Shown here one piece after another: positions 12,067 to 24,349 of a DNA stretch of 64,000 nucleotides. Both the position numbers and the translations under genes were made by a program. The notes below the pieces were generated by a model. It did not search any database. It saw only the letters and a program-made list of their open reading frames with translations, and was not told the origin of the DNA. Source of the DNA: Octopus vulgaris (taxonomy: Eukaryota); contig OX597819.1 in NCBI GenBank assembly GCA_951406725.2, forward strand, positions 12,958,001-13,022,000, in the 5' to 3' direction. The stretch's first letter is position 1. The number at the start of each line of letters is the position of its first letter.

Positions 12067-12707
12067 TGAGAAGGAATAGTTGGGTATCGGAGTGAGGGTG
12101 GGGTGGGGTGTCTATTTACCTAACGTATTGCAAGTGTGGAATGACAGGCAAAAGCAGGCAACAAAAAGCTGAGGAAGCTGTTTTCTCTCTTTTTCTCTCC
12201 ACCGCCAACGCTGCTGCTTCCTAGAAACGACATCAGGGCTAAGGAATGGAAGAGGGGGGGGGGGCAGCAATCACCCTTCATTCTAGTCTGGTTTCATCAA
12301 CATTGATTCAGGGTTAAATACCAAACAGAGACCCCGTTTCCTGTCACAGCAACCATCTTGTTCACTCACTCACTGATCGAATAGTAAACATGGGGGACAA
12401 ATGTTTTTATCGAATGTCCTCAAATTCTTTACCTTTCCTTCTATTTGTTATTCTTTCTCATTTTTTTTTCTATGATTATGAGAAATCTGAAGATCTCTCT
12501 CTCTCTCTCTCTCTCTCTTTGTTTTTCCAACTCCCCCCCACTCCCTATTTCCTCATTCCCCACCTCCCTCTCTCTGCTCTTGCATTTCTCTAACCAATAA
12601 TACTCTCATCTTTACCTCCACCCTCACTCACTCTCTCTATGTATGTATGTATGTATGTATGTATGTATGTATGTATGTGTGTATGTATGCATGTATGTAT
12701 GTATGTA

Positions 12708-12760
<53 letters not shown>

Positions 12761-12761
12761 A

Positions 12762-13168
12762 TACTCTTTTACTTGTTTCAGTCATTTGACTGTGGCCATG
12801 CTGGAGCACCGCCTTTAATCGAGCAACTCAACCCCAGGACTTATTCTTTTGTAAGCCCAGTACTTATTCTATCGGTCTCTTTTGCCGAACCGCTAAGTGA
12901 CGGGGACACAAACACACCAGCATCGGTTGTCAAGCGATGTTGGGGGGACAAACACAGACACAAACATACACACACACGCGCTCACACACACACACATATA
13001 CACGACAGGCTACTTTTCAGTTTCCGTCAACCAAATCCACTCACAAGGCTTTGGTCGGCCCGAGGCTATAGTAGAAGACACTTACCCAAGGTGCCACGCA
13101 GTGGGACTGAACCCGGAACCATGTGATTGGTAAACAAGCTACTTACCACACAGCCACTCCTGTGCCTA
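12762..13168 (-). mobile_element. SINE-A (followed by a 3' half copy at 13180-13365)
   Basis: Matches consensus; preceded by (TATG)n(TG)n. Confidence 0.92.
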
Positions 13169-13391
13169 TATGTATATATTCTTTTACTTGTTTCAGTCAT
13201 TTGACTGCGGTCATGCTGGAGCACCACCTTTAGTCGAACAAATCAACCCCAGAACTTATTCTCTGTAAGCCTAGTACTTATTCTGTTTGTCTCATTTGCT
13301 GAACTGCTAAGTTACGGAGACGTAAACACACAACATCGGTTGTCAAGCAATGGTGGAGGAACAAATACATACATATGTACATATACGTGTG

Positions 13392-13428
<37 letters not shown>

Positions 13429-13451
13429 ATAGAATATAGAGAAATATGGAT

Positions 13452-13479
<28 letters not shown>

Positions 13480-13493
<14 letters not shown>

Positions 13494-14196
13494 AAATGAA
13501 GAAAATGCTGACAAATAATTGAAGTAATTTAAGTAATTTAATTAGGTGAAAGTTCTTTTTACCGGTTGCGCATTTGTTATGCTTATCAAAATATAAAAGA
13601 GAGATTAGAGTCTGTCTCTTATATGTGAAAAAAGAGGCTCCAGAGTTGTTTGGGATTTGCTTGGTTTCGCACCTAAAATTTTGATTGGTCATTATGAAGG
13701 GGTCACGTGAATGTTTGAATGGAAGTTGGTGTTGGGGTAAGAAAAAAGGCTCCAGAGAAGTTAAAATTTGGCTAGTGTCATCCACATGACGTCTACTGAC
13801 CAGCCTGAACAATAAGAATTTTCAACAACACTATTTTCGAAAATTCTAAACATTCATGTGACCTCTTTATTATGACCAATAAGAAATTTTAGGCGGGACA
13901 CTAGCCAAATTTTAACTTCTCTGGAGCCTTTTTTCTTACCCCAACACCAACTTCCATTCAAACATTCACGTGACCCCTTCATAATGACCAATCAAAATTT
14001 TAGGTGCGAAACCAAGCAAATCCCAAACAACTCTGGAGCCTCTTTTTTCACATATAAGAGACAGACTCTAATCTCTCTTTTATATTTTGATAAGCATAAC
14101 AAATGCGCAACCGGTAAAAAGAACTTTCACCTAATTAAATTACTTAAATTACTTCAATTATTTGTCAGCATTTTCTTCATTTCCTTTTTTATATAT
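13480..14196. repeat. Long inverted repeat: 300-bp arms (13480-13779 / 13897-14196), 117-bp spacer, between (TA)n tracts
   Basis: Arms are reverse complements; the ORF track gives the same peptide on both strands (13426..13812 minus, 13984..14295 plus). Confidence 0.95.
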
Positions 14197-14225
14197 CACC
14201 ACTCGTGTTCGACATCTCCTTTTTT

Positions 14226-14271
<46 letters not shown>

Positions 14272-14292
14272 CACTTTTTAATTCAAAACAAA

Positions 14293-14380
14293 TAGACTGC
14301 ATCCCATTTTACAGCTGTTTCTGCTTCCAATGTAATATAACATTGGAAGCAGAAACAGCTGTTAGATGAGATGCAGTCTA
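14293..14380. repeat. Fold-back palindrome, 41-bp arms, each with a hammerhead 3' half (GAAACAGCTGT)
   Basis: tagactgcatc..acagctgtttctgcttccaatgt-aatata-acattggaagcagaaacagctgt..gatgcagtcta. Confidence 0.9.
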
Positions 14381-14812
14381 AAAGTAATAATCGATGTAAG
14401 TCAATTGTTGTTGATCAATATTTCTCCATTTTCTGTTTACTTTAAATTTGACTCCTGATAAACTCATGTTTATCTTTGTCATTACTTGTAACCTATGAGC
14501 ATAATATGCTTGCACATGTATGTCCAGGGTTAACATAGGTAATTATACTGGTAATATAATGGATACTTTTATCCCTTAGACGGTTATTCCAACCTCTAAC
14601 TCTACTAACCTTTATATATATATATATATATATATATAAGTACAAAGTGAGATAGGGGTTATGAGTGTAACCCACTATGGGATATCAGTTATCCAATATA
14701 CTGCCAGTGAAGTACCCAAAAGGCTAATACATAAATGCTTACAATTGCAATGCAATTACTTCATTTATTGTATTATATGGGCGAAGGTAAAAAGTTTTAC
14801 CTCAAATTCATA

Positions 14813-14921
14813 ATACAAAATAAGAAAATGGAGGAATAGATTCCTTTCAATCATCAACTTACAGATAATATTATCTGTAAGTTGATGATTGAAAGGAATC
14901 TATTCCTCCATTTTCTTACTT

Positions 14922-14926
<5 letters not shown>
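14813..14926. repeat. 114-bp spacerless palindrome (one mismatch) abutting (TA)n
   Basis: Centre GATAAT|ATTATC at 14869/14870. Confidence 0.95.
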
Positions 14927-14961
<35 letters not shown>

Positions 14962-15181
14962 GAAAAAACCACCTTTTATCAATTCAAAATGAACAATTAA
15001 ATTACACCATCTAGAAAATTACATATATTAGAAATATTAAAATTAAAATAACAATACAATATATCAGTGATTAAGTAAATTGCAACAAAAATAATAAAAA
15101 CATATATAATTGGTAGAATAACAACACATGTTCGTGGCTATATAAATCCTGGAAGTTTGGATTTATATTCCCTCAAATAAT

Positions 15182-15220
<39 letters not shown>

Positions 15221-15223
<3 letters not shown>

Positions 15224-15383
15224 GATGGGCTTCTTTCAGTTTCTGTCTACGAAATCCACTCACAAGGCTTTGGTTGGTCTGTGGCTATAAAAGACACTTG
15301 CCCAATGTGCCACGCAGTGGGACTGAACCCAAAACTATGTGGTTGGTGAGCAAGCTTCTTACCACACAGCCATACATGCACCT
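15221..15383 (-). mobile_element. SINE-A, 5' half
   Basis: Matches consensus. Confidence 0.85.
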
Positions 15384-15405
15384 ATATACATACATACCAA
15401 TACAT

Positions 15406-15462
<57 letters not shown>

Positions 15463-15479
15463 TATAAAAATTATATATA

Positions 15480-15830
15480 AAAAGGGACAAGAACGTGAAA
15501 TACACGAAGAGACGACACAAAAAAAACGGACGGGTCATTCGAAGCCTTTAATCTTCAGTCAGGAACCGGATCATCATAGCAAATTTCGGCTGATTAATTC
15601 TGATATTGCTCGGAAATGGCTAGCCCCAATGAAAAACTAAGCTGCGAGCATTAGATTTCTTGGAAAAAGGATCGAATGTAAACAAAACAAGGACAGAATA
15701 ACGGACGATGCCACACGAATATAAATACAAAAAACAAAAATAAAATTAAAAACAAGAATGGTAATAACAGGACAACAGCAGGTGTCTTATGACTTTAGAC
15801 AAATTTAACTTATCTAGCAGGTGTGTTTTG
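15480..15830 (-). mobile_element. (TA)n-adjacent non-coding repeat, family G (homologous to 39530-39855 plus and ~30000-30260 minus)
   Basis: Shared blocks ttccaagaaatctaatgctc, ttttc.ttggggct.gcca and ctgaaga..gaatga.ccgtcc. Confidence 0.65.
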
Positions 15831-15959
15831 AAAAAATGCCTTTTCAGCGGATGAAGACAATGTTGAACCGGCAGTGGTCACCAGCGGAATGGCTAGTTGA
15901 TCAGCAGGTCACGTGAGAGTAGAGAGAGAGAGAAATCACAATATTGACCAGGTCATCAG

Positions 15960-16255
15960 ATTCTGTCATACACTGCTGGTCACAATGTACTTCCAATTCC
16001 GTCTTGATTGTGCCATTCTTTTCCATCTTGACCCAAATTGCTTGACCAAATCATCTTCCTGTCATTGTGAAGGAATTCCAAATGGCCTTTTCCAGTCTCT
16101 TAGATATTGTTCAGCAACTGCCTGGTTCCATCTGTTGTCTGTGGCCCTTGCAGCATGTCCAGCCAAGTGGAACTTGTGTTTTTGAGTACTTAGTGGTCAC
16201 TTCACTCATTCCGCTCCATTCTTGGATTATCTCAATTTCAAATGTGCTCCTTTAG
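15960..16255 (-). mobile_element. RTE LINE C-terminal remnant
   Basis: Minus strand reads KFHLAGHAARATDNRW..KRPFG..DDLVKQFG..WKRMAQSR. Confidence 0.7.
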
Positions 16256-16464
16256 TGATAGATCTCATTTGTCTTTTCCTTGTTTCAGTCATTAGACTGT
16301 GGCCATGCTACCATAATAAGTACACAGTGTACTGAATGTGAGGGAATGCAACTTTTGAAGCCAACCCCTTAATAACAGATTATGGTAGTTTTGACTTTAA
16401 GAGTCCCTAATAGCATGAGGTATTTACTTGAAGTAATGCCCTTAATATAAATAAATAAACCAAA

Positions 16465-16926
16465 TTCGATGACTGGCACCTGTGCCAGTGGAGTGCTAAC
16501 AGCTCCTTCTGAGCGGGATCAGTGCCAGAGCAGCTGTCTGGCTTCTGTGCCGGTGGCATGTAAAAAGCACCATTTGAGCATGATCGTTATCTGCGTCACC
16601 TTACTGACACTTGTGCTAGTGGCACGTGAACAAAACATTCGAGTGAGGTCGTTGACAGTGCCACTGTACAGACTCCTGTGCAGGTGGCATGTAAAAAACC
16701 ACCATTTGAGTGAGGCCATTGCCAGTACCGCCTCACTGGCCCTCGTGCCAGTGGCATGTAAAAGCACCCACTACACTCTCGGAGTGGTTGGCGTTAGGGA
16801 GGGCCTCAAGCTGTAGAAACTCTGCCTGATTAGATTGGAGCCTGGTGCAGCCAACTGGTTTGCCATTCCTCAGTCAAATCGTCCAACCCATGCTAGCATG
16901 GAAAGCAGACACTAAATGATGATGAT
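16465..16926 (+). mobile_element. RTE 3' UTR fragment (family B); opposing fragment at 16970-17130 (minus)
   Basis: Tandem gtgccggtggcatgtaaaaagcacc subunits and (GAT)n tail. Confidence 0.85.
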
Positions 16927-16939
16927 ATATATGTGTGTG

Positions 16940-16970
<31 letters not shown>

Positions 16971-17320
16971 CATCATCATCATCGTTTTAACATCTATTTT
17001 CCGTGCTAGCATGGGTTGCACGGTTCAACCGGGGACTGGGAAACCAGGAGGCTGCACCAGGCTCCAGTCTGATCTGGCAGTGTTTCTACAGCTGGATGCC
17101 CTTCCTAATGCCAACCACTCCGTGAGTGTCCAACTGATAGTTTCATGCTTTTATGATACTTGAACAAGCATATTTATAAAATATGGCATGTATCTTAAAG
17201 CAATCTTTCAGGCTCTGTTTATGTGTTACATATAATTTTTAAAAACAAAAATGCCGGACAGTAAGAAAACAAGAAAAAATATGGAAAAAATATGAAGAAG
17301 GTTGGTGCAAAAAATATATA

Positions 17321-17476
17321 TACGACGGGCTTCTTTCAGTTTCCATCTACCAAATCCACTCACAAGGCTTTGGTTGGTCCAAGGCTTCAGTAGAAGACAC
17401 TTGCCCAAGGTGCCATGCAGTGGGACTGAACCTGGAACCATGTGGTTGGGAAGGATGCTTCTTACCACACAGCCAT
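17321..17476 (-). mobile_element. SINE-A, 5' half
   Basis: Matches consensus. Confidence 0.85.
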
Positions 17477-18691
17477 ATTATTACCAATTTCTTCTTCTTC
17501 TCTTTCGTTCTTTCATTCTTCTTTACAATTCTGCTTCTGTCTTTCTTTTTCTCTTTCTCTTCCAACTCCCCCCCCACTCTCTCTCTTTTCTTACCATCTC
17601 CTCAAACCTCACCCTAAATACTTCTTTCAACACACAAACACATTCAGTAACACTCTCTCTCTCGGACCCCATTCTCCCTCTTCCCTCTCTCTCTCTCTCT
17701 CTCCCTTCCTTCCTCTTTCAAACCTCTCTGTCCCTTTCATTCTACTTTACCTCACATTCAACCTTCTTCCTATCTATCTTAATCCTTATCTATCAAACTT
17801 CTACCTTTCTCCCCCCCCCCTGCTACCTTCCATTTTTGTGTGTGTGTGTGTGTATCCATCTGATTTAATCTTCTCCCTATCTCTCCCCTAATCTAACTTT
17901 CAATCAATTAATCCATAACTTCACACACACACACACACAAACATTCCCTTTCCTTCTCTGCCTGTCTCTCTCCATCCCCCCCACACACACTCTCACCCTC
18001 TCTATCTCTGTCGCTTTCTGCTTCTATTTCACAATTCTCTCTCTTATTCATATACCCCGCCCCCAACAACATTCTCCCCATCCCCTCCCCTCTCTCTCTT
18101 TCTATCTCCCTCTCTTACCACTACTCTTACCTCACCTCCATTCAATGCACCTCTCACAAACCTATCTCTTTTAGACATCTTAACTATCTTAGAATCTGTG
18201 GAGCCACAAGAAAACACTCCTGTTATTATTAAACAGTGTGCTCCTTATAGAGAGGCATTGGCAGCTATAGAGGGTGAAGGGAGGAGGGAGAGAGATTAGC
18301 CCAACCACCCAGATCTCCTGTTGGACAATCGACATGCAAGAAATAGCAGCCAAATCTCACCCATATCACATCATAGCCATCTTAGAAGACAATACTTAGA
18401 ATAATGTGGTCCTGAGTCCTCTGTACAGAAGAAAGGTGGGTTGGTCATGATTGGAATGCTTTCGATCATAGATTGGATTAGACTGAGTAGAGTTGGGGGC
18501 TAAACAACAACTGAATTTATTACAAGCTTTTGTACCTGTTGGTGTGTTTCTGTGTTCACTGTGTATGTAATATATAGATGTGTATACATACAGTGAGCTG
18601 ATGAGATGATTATGATGGTTATCATGATGAGGAAGAGGATTGTGATGCTGTATGTATGCATATGTGGGTTTATGCATGTGTGTAAAATATA

Positions 18692-19625
18692 CAGGGTGCG
18701 ATGGGTAAATTGTCACCCTCTCAAAGACACCTACCCAAAGTACCACACAGTGGGTCTGAACCCGAAACCATGTAGCTATGAAGCAAGCTCCCTAACCACA
18801 CAGCCATGCCCGCGCCTACATCATTTTATATTTTTAAATTCATGCATGTGCATTATTTGTTTCTTGATTTTGTCAACTATTCAGTATAGTAGGGTCAGTT
18901 GGGCACTGTCTGTGAGGAAAAAAACAGCACCATGATGCAATTTACTCTGCCAGAAATTTGGAAATGACATGCTGTACTGCTTGGCATTTGCGCCAGAAGC
19001 TCCAATATGAACAGATGGTGAACACACACAACAACTGTTGGCTGGCCGTGTCCCCAAAACATGTACCAAGAGTGATAAAAATCAAACATCCAGTGAGCAT
19101 CATGGTGTTTGGAGTAATCACTAGTGATGGTGACGTTATGCCTCGATTCATTTTCCCACATGGCCTCAGACTCAACATGGAGGTCTACATCAAGTGCCTG
19201 GAGAAGATAGTGCTATCCTGGGTCAAGAAGGTAGCTGCTAGAAGACCCTATGTCTGGCAACAGGACTCTGCACCATGCCACACAAGCAGGAGAACCCAGT
19301 CATGGCCCTTAGACAATATCTGTGACCACATCACTCCTAAAATCTGGCCATCTAAACTCCCCAGACTGCAGCCCCCTTGATTATTATGTGTGGAGCGCAG
19401 TTGAGTGAGAGACCAACAAAACTCCTTGTAACACCAAAGATGAAGTGAAAGCAAGGATTATAGCAGCTTAAACATTCACCAACTTAAATAAGGAGACCAT
19501 CCAGAAGAGTTGCAGGAGATTCCGAAGTCATCTGGAAGCTGTGGTTGAAGCCAATGGCGATTTTATTGAATAAATTTACTCCTTAGTATTTCAAGATATT
19601 TTTATGTAATTCTGGTAAATTACAT
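18692..19625 (+). mobile_element. Tc1/mariner-superfamily (DD37D/maT-like) transposon remnant
   Basis: TA|CAGGGTG terminus at 18692. ORF 18958..19380 has KHPVSIMVFGVITSDG..YVWQQDSAPCH..WP, frameshifting to SPDC.PLDYYVW. Confidence 0.8.
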
Positions 19626-19932
19626 ACATCCATGAGACCCAGTGTGTTTGCTCTCTGAGTGCGGCATTTGTTGGGCTGCAGCCAGAAGCATTACTCTGCC
19701 TGCTGGTCAGATTTGCAATCTGGATTACATGGAGATGATTGCTGGATGTGGTCAGCATATGTGATGGCTGTGGCGAACTCATTGGTCAGAACCCAGCATG
19801 GCTGCAGCCTTCGGGCTAAAACATTTTTAAGGATTTAAGGATTTATATCTGTTAAAATGAGATGTCAGTGTTATTTTCATTTTTGCATAATTTAGACGAC
19901 AGTTTATTAAGCGCAACCTGTATATGTATATT

Positions 19933-20017
<85 letters not shown>

Positions 20018-20042
20018 ATGTATATGTGTGTGTGTGTATGTA

Positions 20043-20203
20043 CACACTACACTTTCAGAGTGGTTGGCGTTAGGAAGGGTGTTCAGCTGTAGAAACATTG
20101 CCAGATCAGATTGGAGCCTGGTGCAGCCACTGGCTTGCAAGTCCCCAGTCAAACCCATGCCAGCATGGAAAGCAGACATTAAACAATGATGATGATGATG
20201 ATG
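20043..20203 (+). mobile_element. RTE 3' UTR fragment (family B)
   Basis: Consensus with (GAT)n tail. Confidence 0.85.
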
Positions 20204-20615
20204 AAGTTACTTCTGTTACTGTTGTTGGTGGTGATCAGTGGTGATGGGAGTGGTATTGGTAGTGCTGGAGGTGGGGTTGGTGTTGGTAGTGTTTAATTGG
20301 CAAGTTGATTAAACCTGTGATTACAAGCAGTCCTCCTTGACTATTCCATCTTTCAGGGGTGGGGTGAGGGCTATCAAGAACTAAATTATACAGCATGTCT
20401 AACCTTTTTTAATATGGTTGGGTGTGATCTAAGGGAGATATGGCTACTATTTCTAGTTGGATGATTCATCACACACAGGTTTCCCTCATTGGCTTGTTAG
20501 TAACAGGGATGGTACCCTGTTGTAAAACAGTAGCCGTGGTATTTAGGTGTCTGTGTTTACATACATATATACATGCACATATAAATACATTTATGTTCAT
20601 ATATATGTGTGTATG

Positions 20616-20682
<67 letters not shown>

Positions 20683-20787
20683 GAGTACAGAAATTCGGGG
20701 TGAGTACTTGATAATTATAAGCACCTGTGTATACCGTTTGGTGGTGGAGTAAATTGATCAAAATAAAAACATGATGCCAAGGATTCA

Positions 20788-20865
20788 GCGGTACATATGT
20801 TTCGGGCCTTTATTAGACAGATTTATAACAATGCATAATGTATGTCTGTGGCCTTCTTCAGCCGC
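20788..20865 (-). ncRNA. Minimal type-I hammerhead motif (mirror of 20888-20965)
   Basis: Exact reverse complement of the plus-strand motif. Confidence 0.7.
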
Positions 20866-20887
20866 GTCCTTGTGGAAGTTGTTGTGC

Positions 20888-20965
20888 GCGGCTGAAGAAG
20901 GCCACAGACATACATTATGCATTGTTATAAATCTGTCTAATAAAGGCCCGAAACATATGTACCGC
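20888..20965 (+). ncRNA. Minimal type-I hammerhead ribozyme motif
   Basis: GCGG-CTGAAGA-aGGCC...GGCCc-GAAA-C-ATAT-G-TA-CCGC; predicted GUA cleavage after 20961. Confidence 0.7.
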
Positions 20966-21036
20966 TGAATCCTTGGCATCATGTTTTTATTTTGATCAAT
21001 TATATATATATATATATATATATGTATACAAACATT

Positions 21037-21424
21037 CTTTTATTTTTTTTACTTGTTTCAGTCATTTGACTGCGGCCATGCTGGAGCATCGCCTTTAGTT
21101 GAACAAATCAACCCCAGGACGTATTCTTTGTATTCTATCGGACTCTTTTTATTGAAATGCTAAGTTACAGGGATGTAAACACACCAACACTGGCTGTCAA
21201 GCGATGGTGGGGGGACAAACACAGACACACAGACATATATTTACAATGAGCTACTTTCAGTTTCTGTCTACCATGTCCACTCACAAAGCTTTGGTCGGCC
21301 CAAGGCTATAGTAGAAAACTCTGGCACAAGGTGCCACACAGTGGGACTGAACCTGGAACTATATATACATACACACACATGAGTGTATGTATCTATGTAT
21401 GTATATTTTATATATATGTGTGTG

Positions 21425-21473
<49 letters not shown>

Positions 21474-22123
21474 GTGCAGGGGTGACTGTGTGGTAAGTAG
21501 CTTGCTTACCAACCACATGGTTGTGGGTTCACTCTCACTGTGTGGCACCTTTGGTAAGTGTCTTCTGCTATAGCCTTGGGCCAACCAAAGCCTTGTGAGT
21601 GGATTTGGTAGATGGAAACTGAAAGAAGCTTGTTATATATATATATATATATATGTTTGTGTGTGTGTTTGTTCTCTCATTGTTGCTTGACAACTAATGT
21701 TGGTGTGTTTACATTCCCATAAATTAGCAGTTTAGCAAATTAGCAAAAGAGAATGATAGAACAATTACTAGGCTTACAAAGAATAAGTCCTGGGGTCGAT
21801 TTGTTTGACTAAAGGCGGTGCTCCAGCATGGCCGCAGTCAAATGACTGAAACAAATAAAAGAATAAATATACATATATACACACTCACACAAAAACCTCT
21901 TAGTTCTTTGCTGTTGTCTCCTCAGCTTACTAGCCCTGGTTACACACACACACACATATATATACAACAAGCTTCTTTCAGTTTCCGTCTACCAAATCCA
22001 CTCACAAGGCTTTGGTTGGCCTTATGCTATAGTAGAAGACACTTGCCCAAAGTGCTATACAGTGGGACTGAACCCGAAACCATGTGGTTGGTAAGCAAGC
22101 TACTTACCACACAGCCACTTCTG
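21037..22123. mobile_element. Three SINE-A copies: 21037-21358 minus, 21474-21865 plus, 21963-22123 minus
   Basis: Matches consensus, more diverged. Confidence 0.85.
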
Positions 22124-22317
22124 TTCATTTCTCTCTCTTTTTCTGTCTTATTCTGTGTACTGTGCATGTATTTCTAGCTTTCATTGCTCTCTTACTTTAC
22201 TTGACTTGTATCTCTCCTTTCTGTTCCCTCTTTTAACCTTTTCTAATGAATTGCTATGCACCTGAGCCCTGTATATAATCAACTTACTTAATAAGGTAGC
22301 AAGTGGGCTTAATTGTC

Positions 22318-22640
22318 AGCCTGCAGGACAAAATGCTAATTGGTAGTTCTTCCAGCTTTATATTCAGAGTTCGAATTCTGTCAAAGTTGACTTAGCCTTT
22401 CATCCAATTGAGGTTGATAAAATAAATACCAGTTGAATATTGGCACCAAATTAATCAACTAACCCTCACTTCACTTGCTAAAATTACTAGTCCTCTGCCT
22501 AAATTTCAAACTTCTTCTTATTATTTGCCTTTTATGCTTTTGGGGTCGATAAATTAAGTACCAGTGAAACACTGGGGTTGATGTAATCAACTACTTCCCT
22601 TCCCCAAAATTCCAGGTCTTGTGCCTTTAGTAGAAAGGAT
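22318..22640 (+). mobile_element. Degenerate SINE family C fragments (another at 23215-23385)
   Basis: gttgacttagcctttcatcc..ggtcgataaattaagtaccag core. Confidence 0.75.
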
Positions 22641-22649
22641 TATTATTAT

Positions 22650-23190
22650 TGAGTGAGAGAGCAATGCATACAGTCAAAGTGACACTGGGGTAAAATATAC
22701 GAAGCCCAGTATACCCATCATGACTACCCGTCTGATAAGGGTACACTAGGCACATGCATCACAATCATGTGTGCGCGACATGGTGATCTCATATCAAGAT
22801 AAACAGCACATGACCTTGCAGGTGGGGCCCAGTTAGAATTTTCTTCAGGTCGAGTAACCCATCCCACTCGAAAGGCCCCTGAATAAGGGTTGTTTAAGGA
22901 TGTTGAACGAAACACCCATGTTTCCAGAGGTGAATTATTCAAACCCCAAAGAACCCCTCTCAACACCCGGCTATGATACTCCCCTACTACTTCTGCTTGT
23001 GATCAGAGATGCACATATTGTCAGCCACTAAAGGACATGCTCAACTGGTTAAGGTCAAACAACTGACAAGCAAATCTGTGATATTGAGCAGAATATTTGC
23101 TGTAGCCCATCTTTTATACCAAGACAAAGCAATATACATGATAACACTTCCAGTCAGTTAAGATCAGAAGCCATGAGAGCCACTGCCTGA
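22650..23190 (-). mobile_element. Interspersed repeat family E, probable retroelement end with (AAT)n tail
   Basis: Second copy at 706-875; flanked by (ATT)n. Confidence 0.65.
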
Positions 23191-24349
23191 TTATTATTGT
23201 TGTTGTTGTATTTCACACGTTGCTACGTTCTGAATTTAAATTCCACCAAGGTCGACTTTGCCTGTAACCCTTTCTGGGTCAATAAATTAAGTACCATTGA
23301 AATACTGGGGGAAGTGGGGGGTCCGATGTAATCGACATCCCCTCCCCCAAAATGGCTGCCCTTGTGGCAAAATTTGAAACCCTTATTATTATTATCATTA
23401 TTATTATTATTATTATTACTATTTAAAATGGTGGGTAAGATTTGAGAGAGATTTGACTGTTATTTCTAGGAGGATGAAGCACTCTTATTTGCTTGTTTCA
23501 TCTGACATTTTATTATAACAAAGATATATTCATTACAAAACTACACCCACCTCACTCCCCCACGAAACTTGTTTCCTCAGAATGTTCATTTCTTAACAAA
23601 GTTTTTGTTTGTTTCATGAAATGAAAGGAAGTGATGTCATAGCTCCTCATACCTCCTCATTTACAGACCATTCATACACAGATTCATCTATCCTGCACCC
23701 ACCCCCCCACCACAAACCATGTCTTAATATACTATCTTCATGAAGAGAACACCATTAATTACTGGGGGTGGCGTGGCAGTAACCTCGTTAAGAGAGAAGT
23801 AACTGGCCTATTTCATACACTTTTACTTGTATCAGTCATTGGACTATGGTCATGCTGGAGCATTCTTGTCAACAACCCTGCATTATGCTTACAGCCCAAA
23901 CTCCTTTAAATTGTCAAATTCTGCTCAGTCAAGTGTAAATAGATATCAGCTCTGAGGGTAGGCAGCAGGAGCAATATATAATTGATAGATGTTTTGTTAT
24001 ACCAAGGGACAAAGTTGGAATCTTATGTTGCATCACTTGTAAGGTGTCTCATGAGCGCTCTAGTAAACATGGGATCCTGTATGATCTATTGCATGGTTGG
24101 GTCATCAGTGACTAAACCAGCACCTCTACTAGTCTTGCCTGGTGAGGTTGGGCAGGGGGGGCGGATTTGCAAAATATCCCCAGCAGGACTAAAAATAGGA
24201 CCTGCCAAAAGGACAGATGAACCCAGTGTAGGTTCAGGACTATTTAGCAATAGCATGGGCACTCAGAAATTCCGGGTCAGTGTCTGGCATGCTGAAAGAC
24301 CACTGGGAGTGAGGCACTCCTTAGCTTTTAGTAAAGCATGTCTCTAGAA

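Larger units (their letters stand above)
20752..21001. repeat. Palindrome with 115-bp arms (20752-20866 / 20887-21001) and 20-bp spacer, between (TA)n tracts
   Basis: Arms read as exact reverse complements; mirrored ORFs 20771..20968 plus and 20785..20982 minus. Confidence 0.95.

Noticed and set aside
12120-12420. Enhancer/promoter call from RFX- and ETS-like words
   Set aside because: Short motif matches are expected by chance and have no independent support.
16500-16770. CRISPR-like repeat-spacer pattern (gtggcatgtaaaaagcacc)
   Set aside because: Eukaryotic context, spacers related to each other, part of an RTE 3' UTR, no cas genes.
22790-22960. HDV-like ribozyme in repeat family E
   Set aside because: Only one hairpin found; the nested double pseudoknot could not be built.
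23982-24347. 121-aa ORF as a host exon
   Set aside because: Non-ATG start, no recognisable motif and no convincing splice sites.
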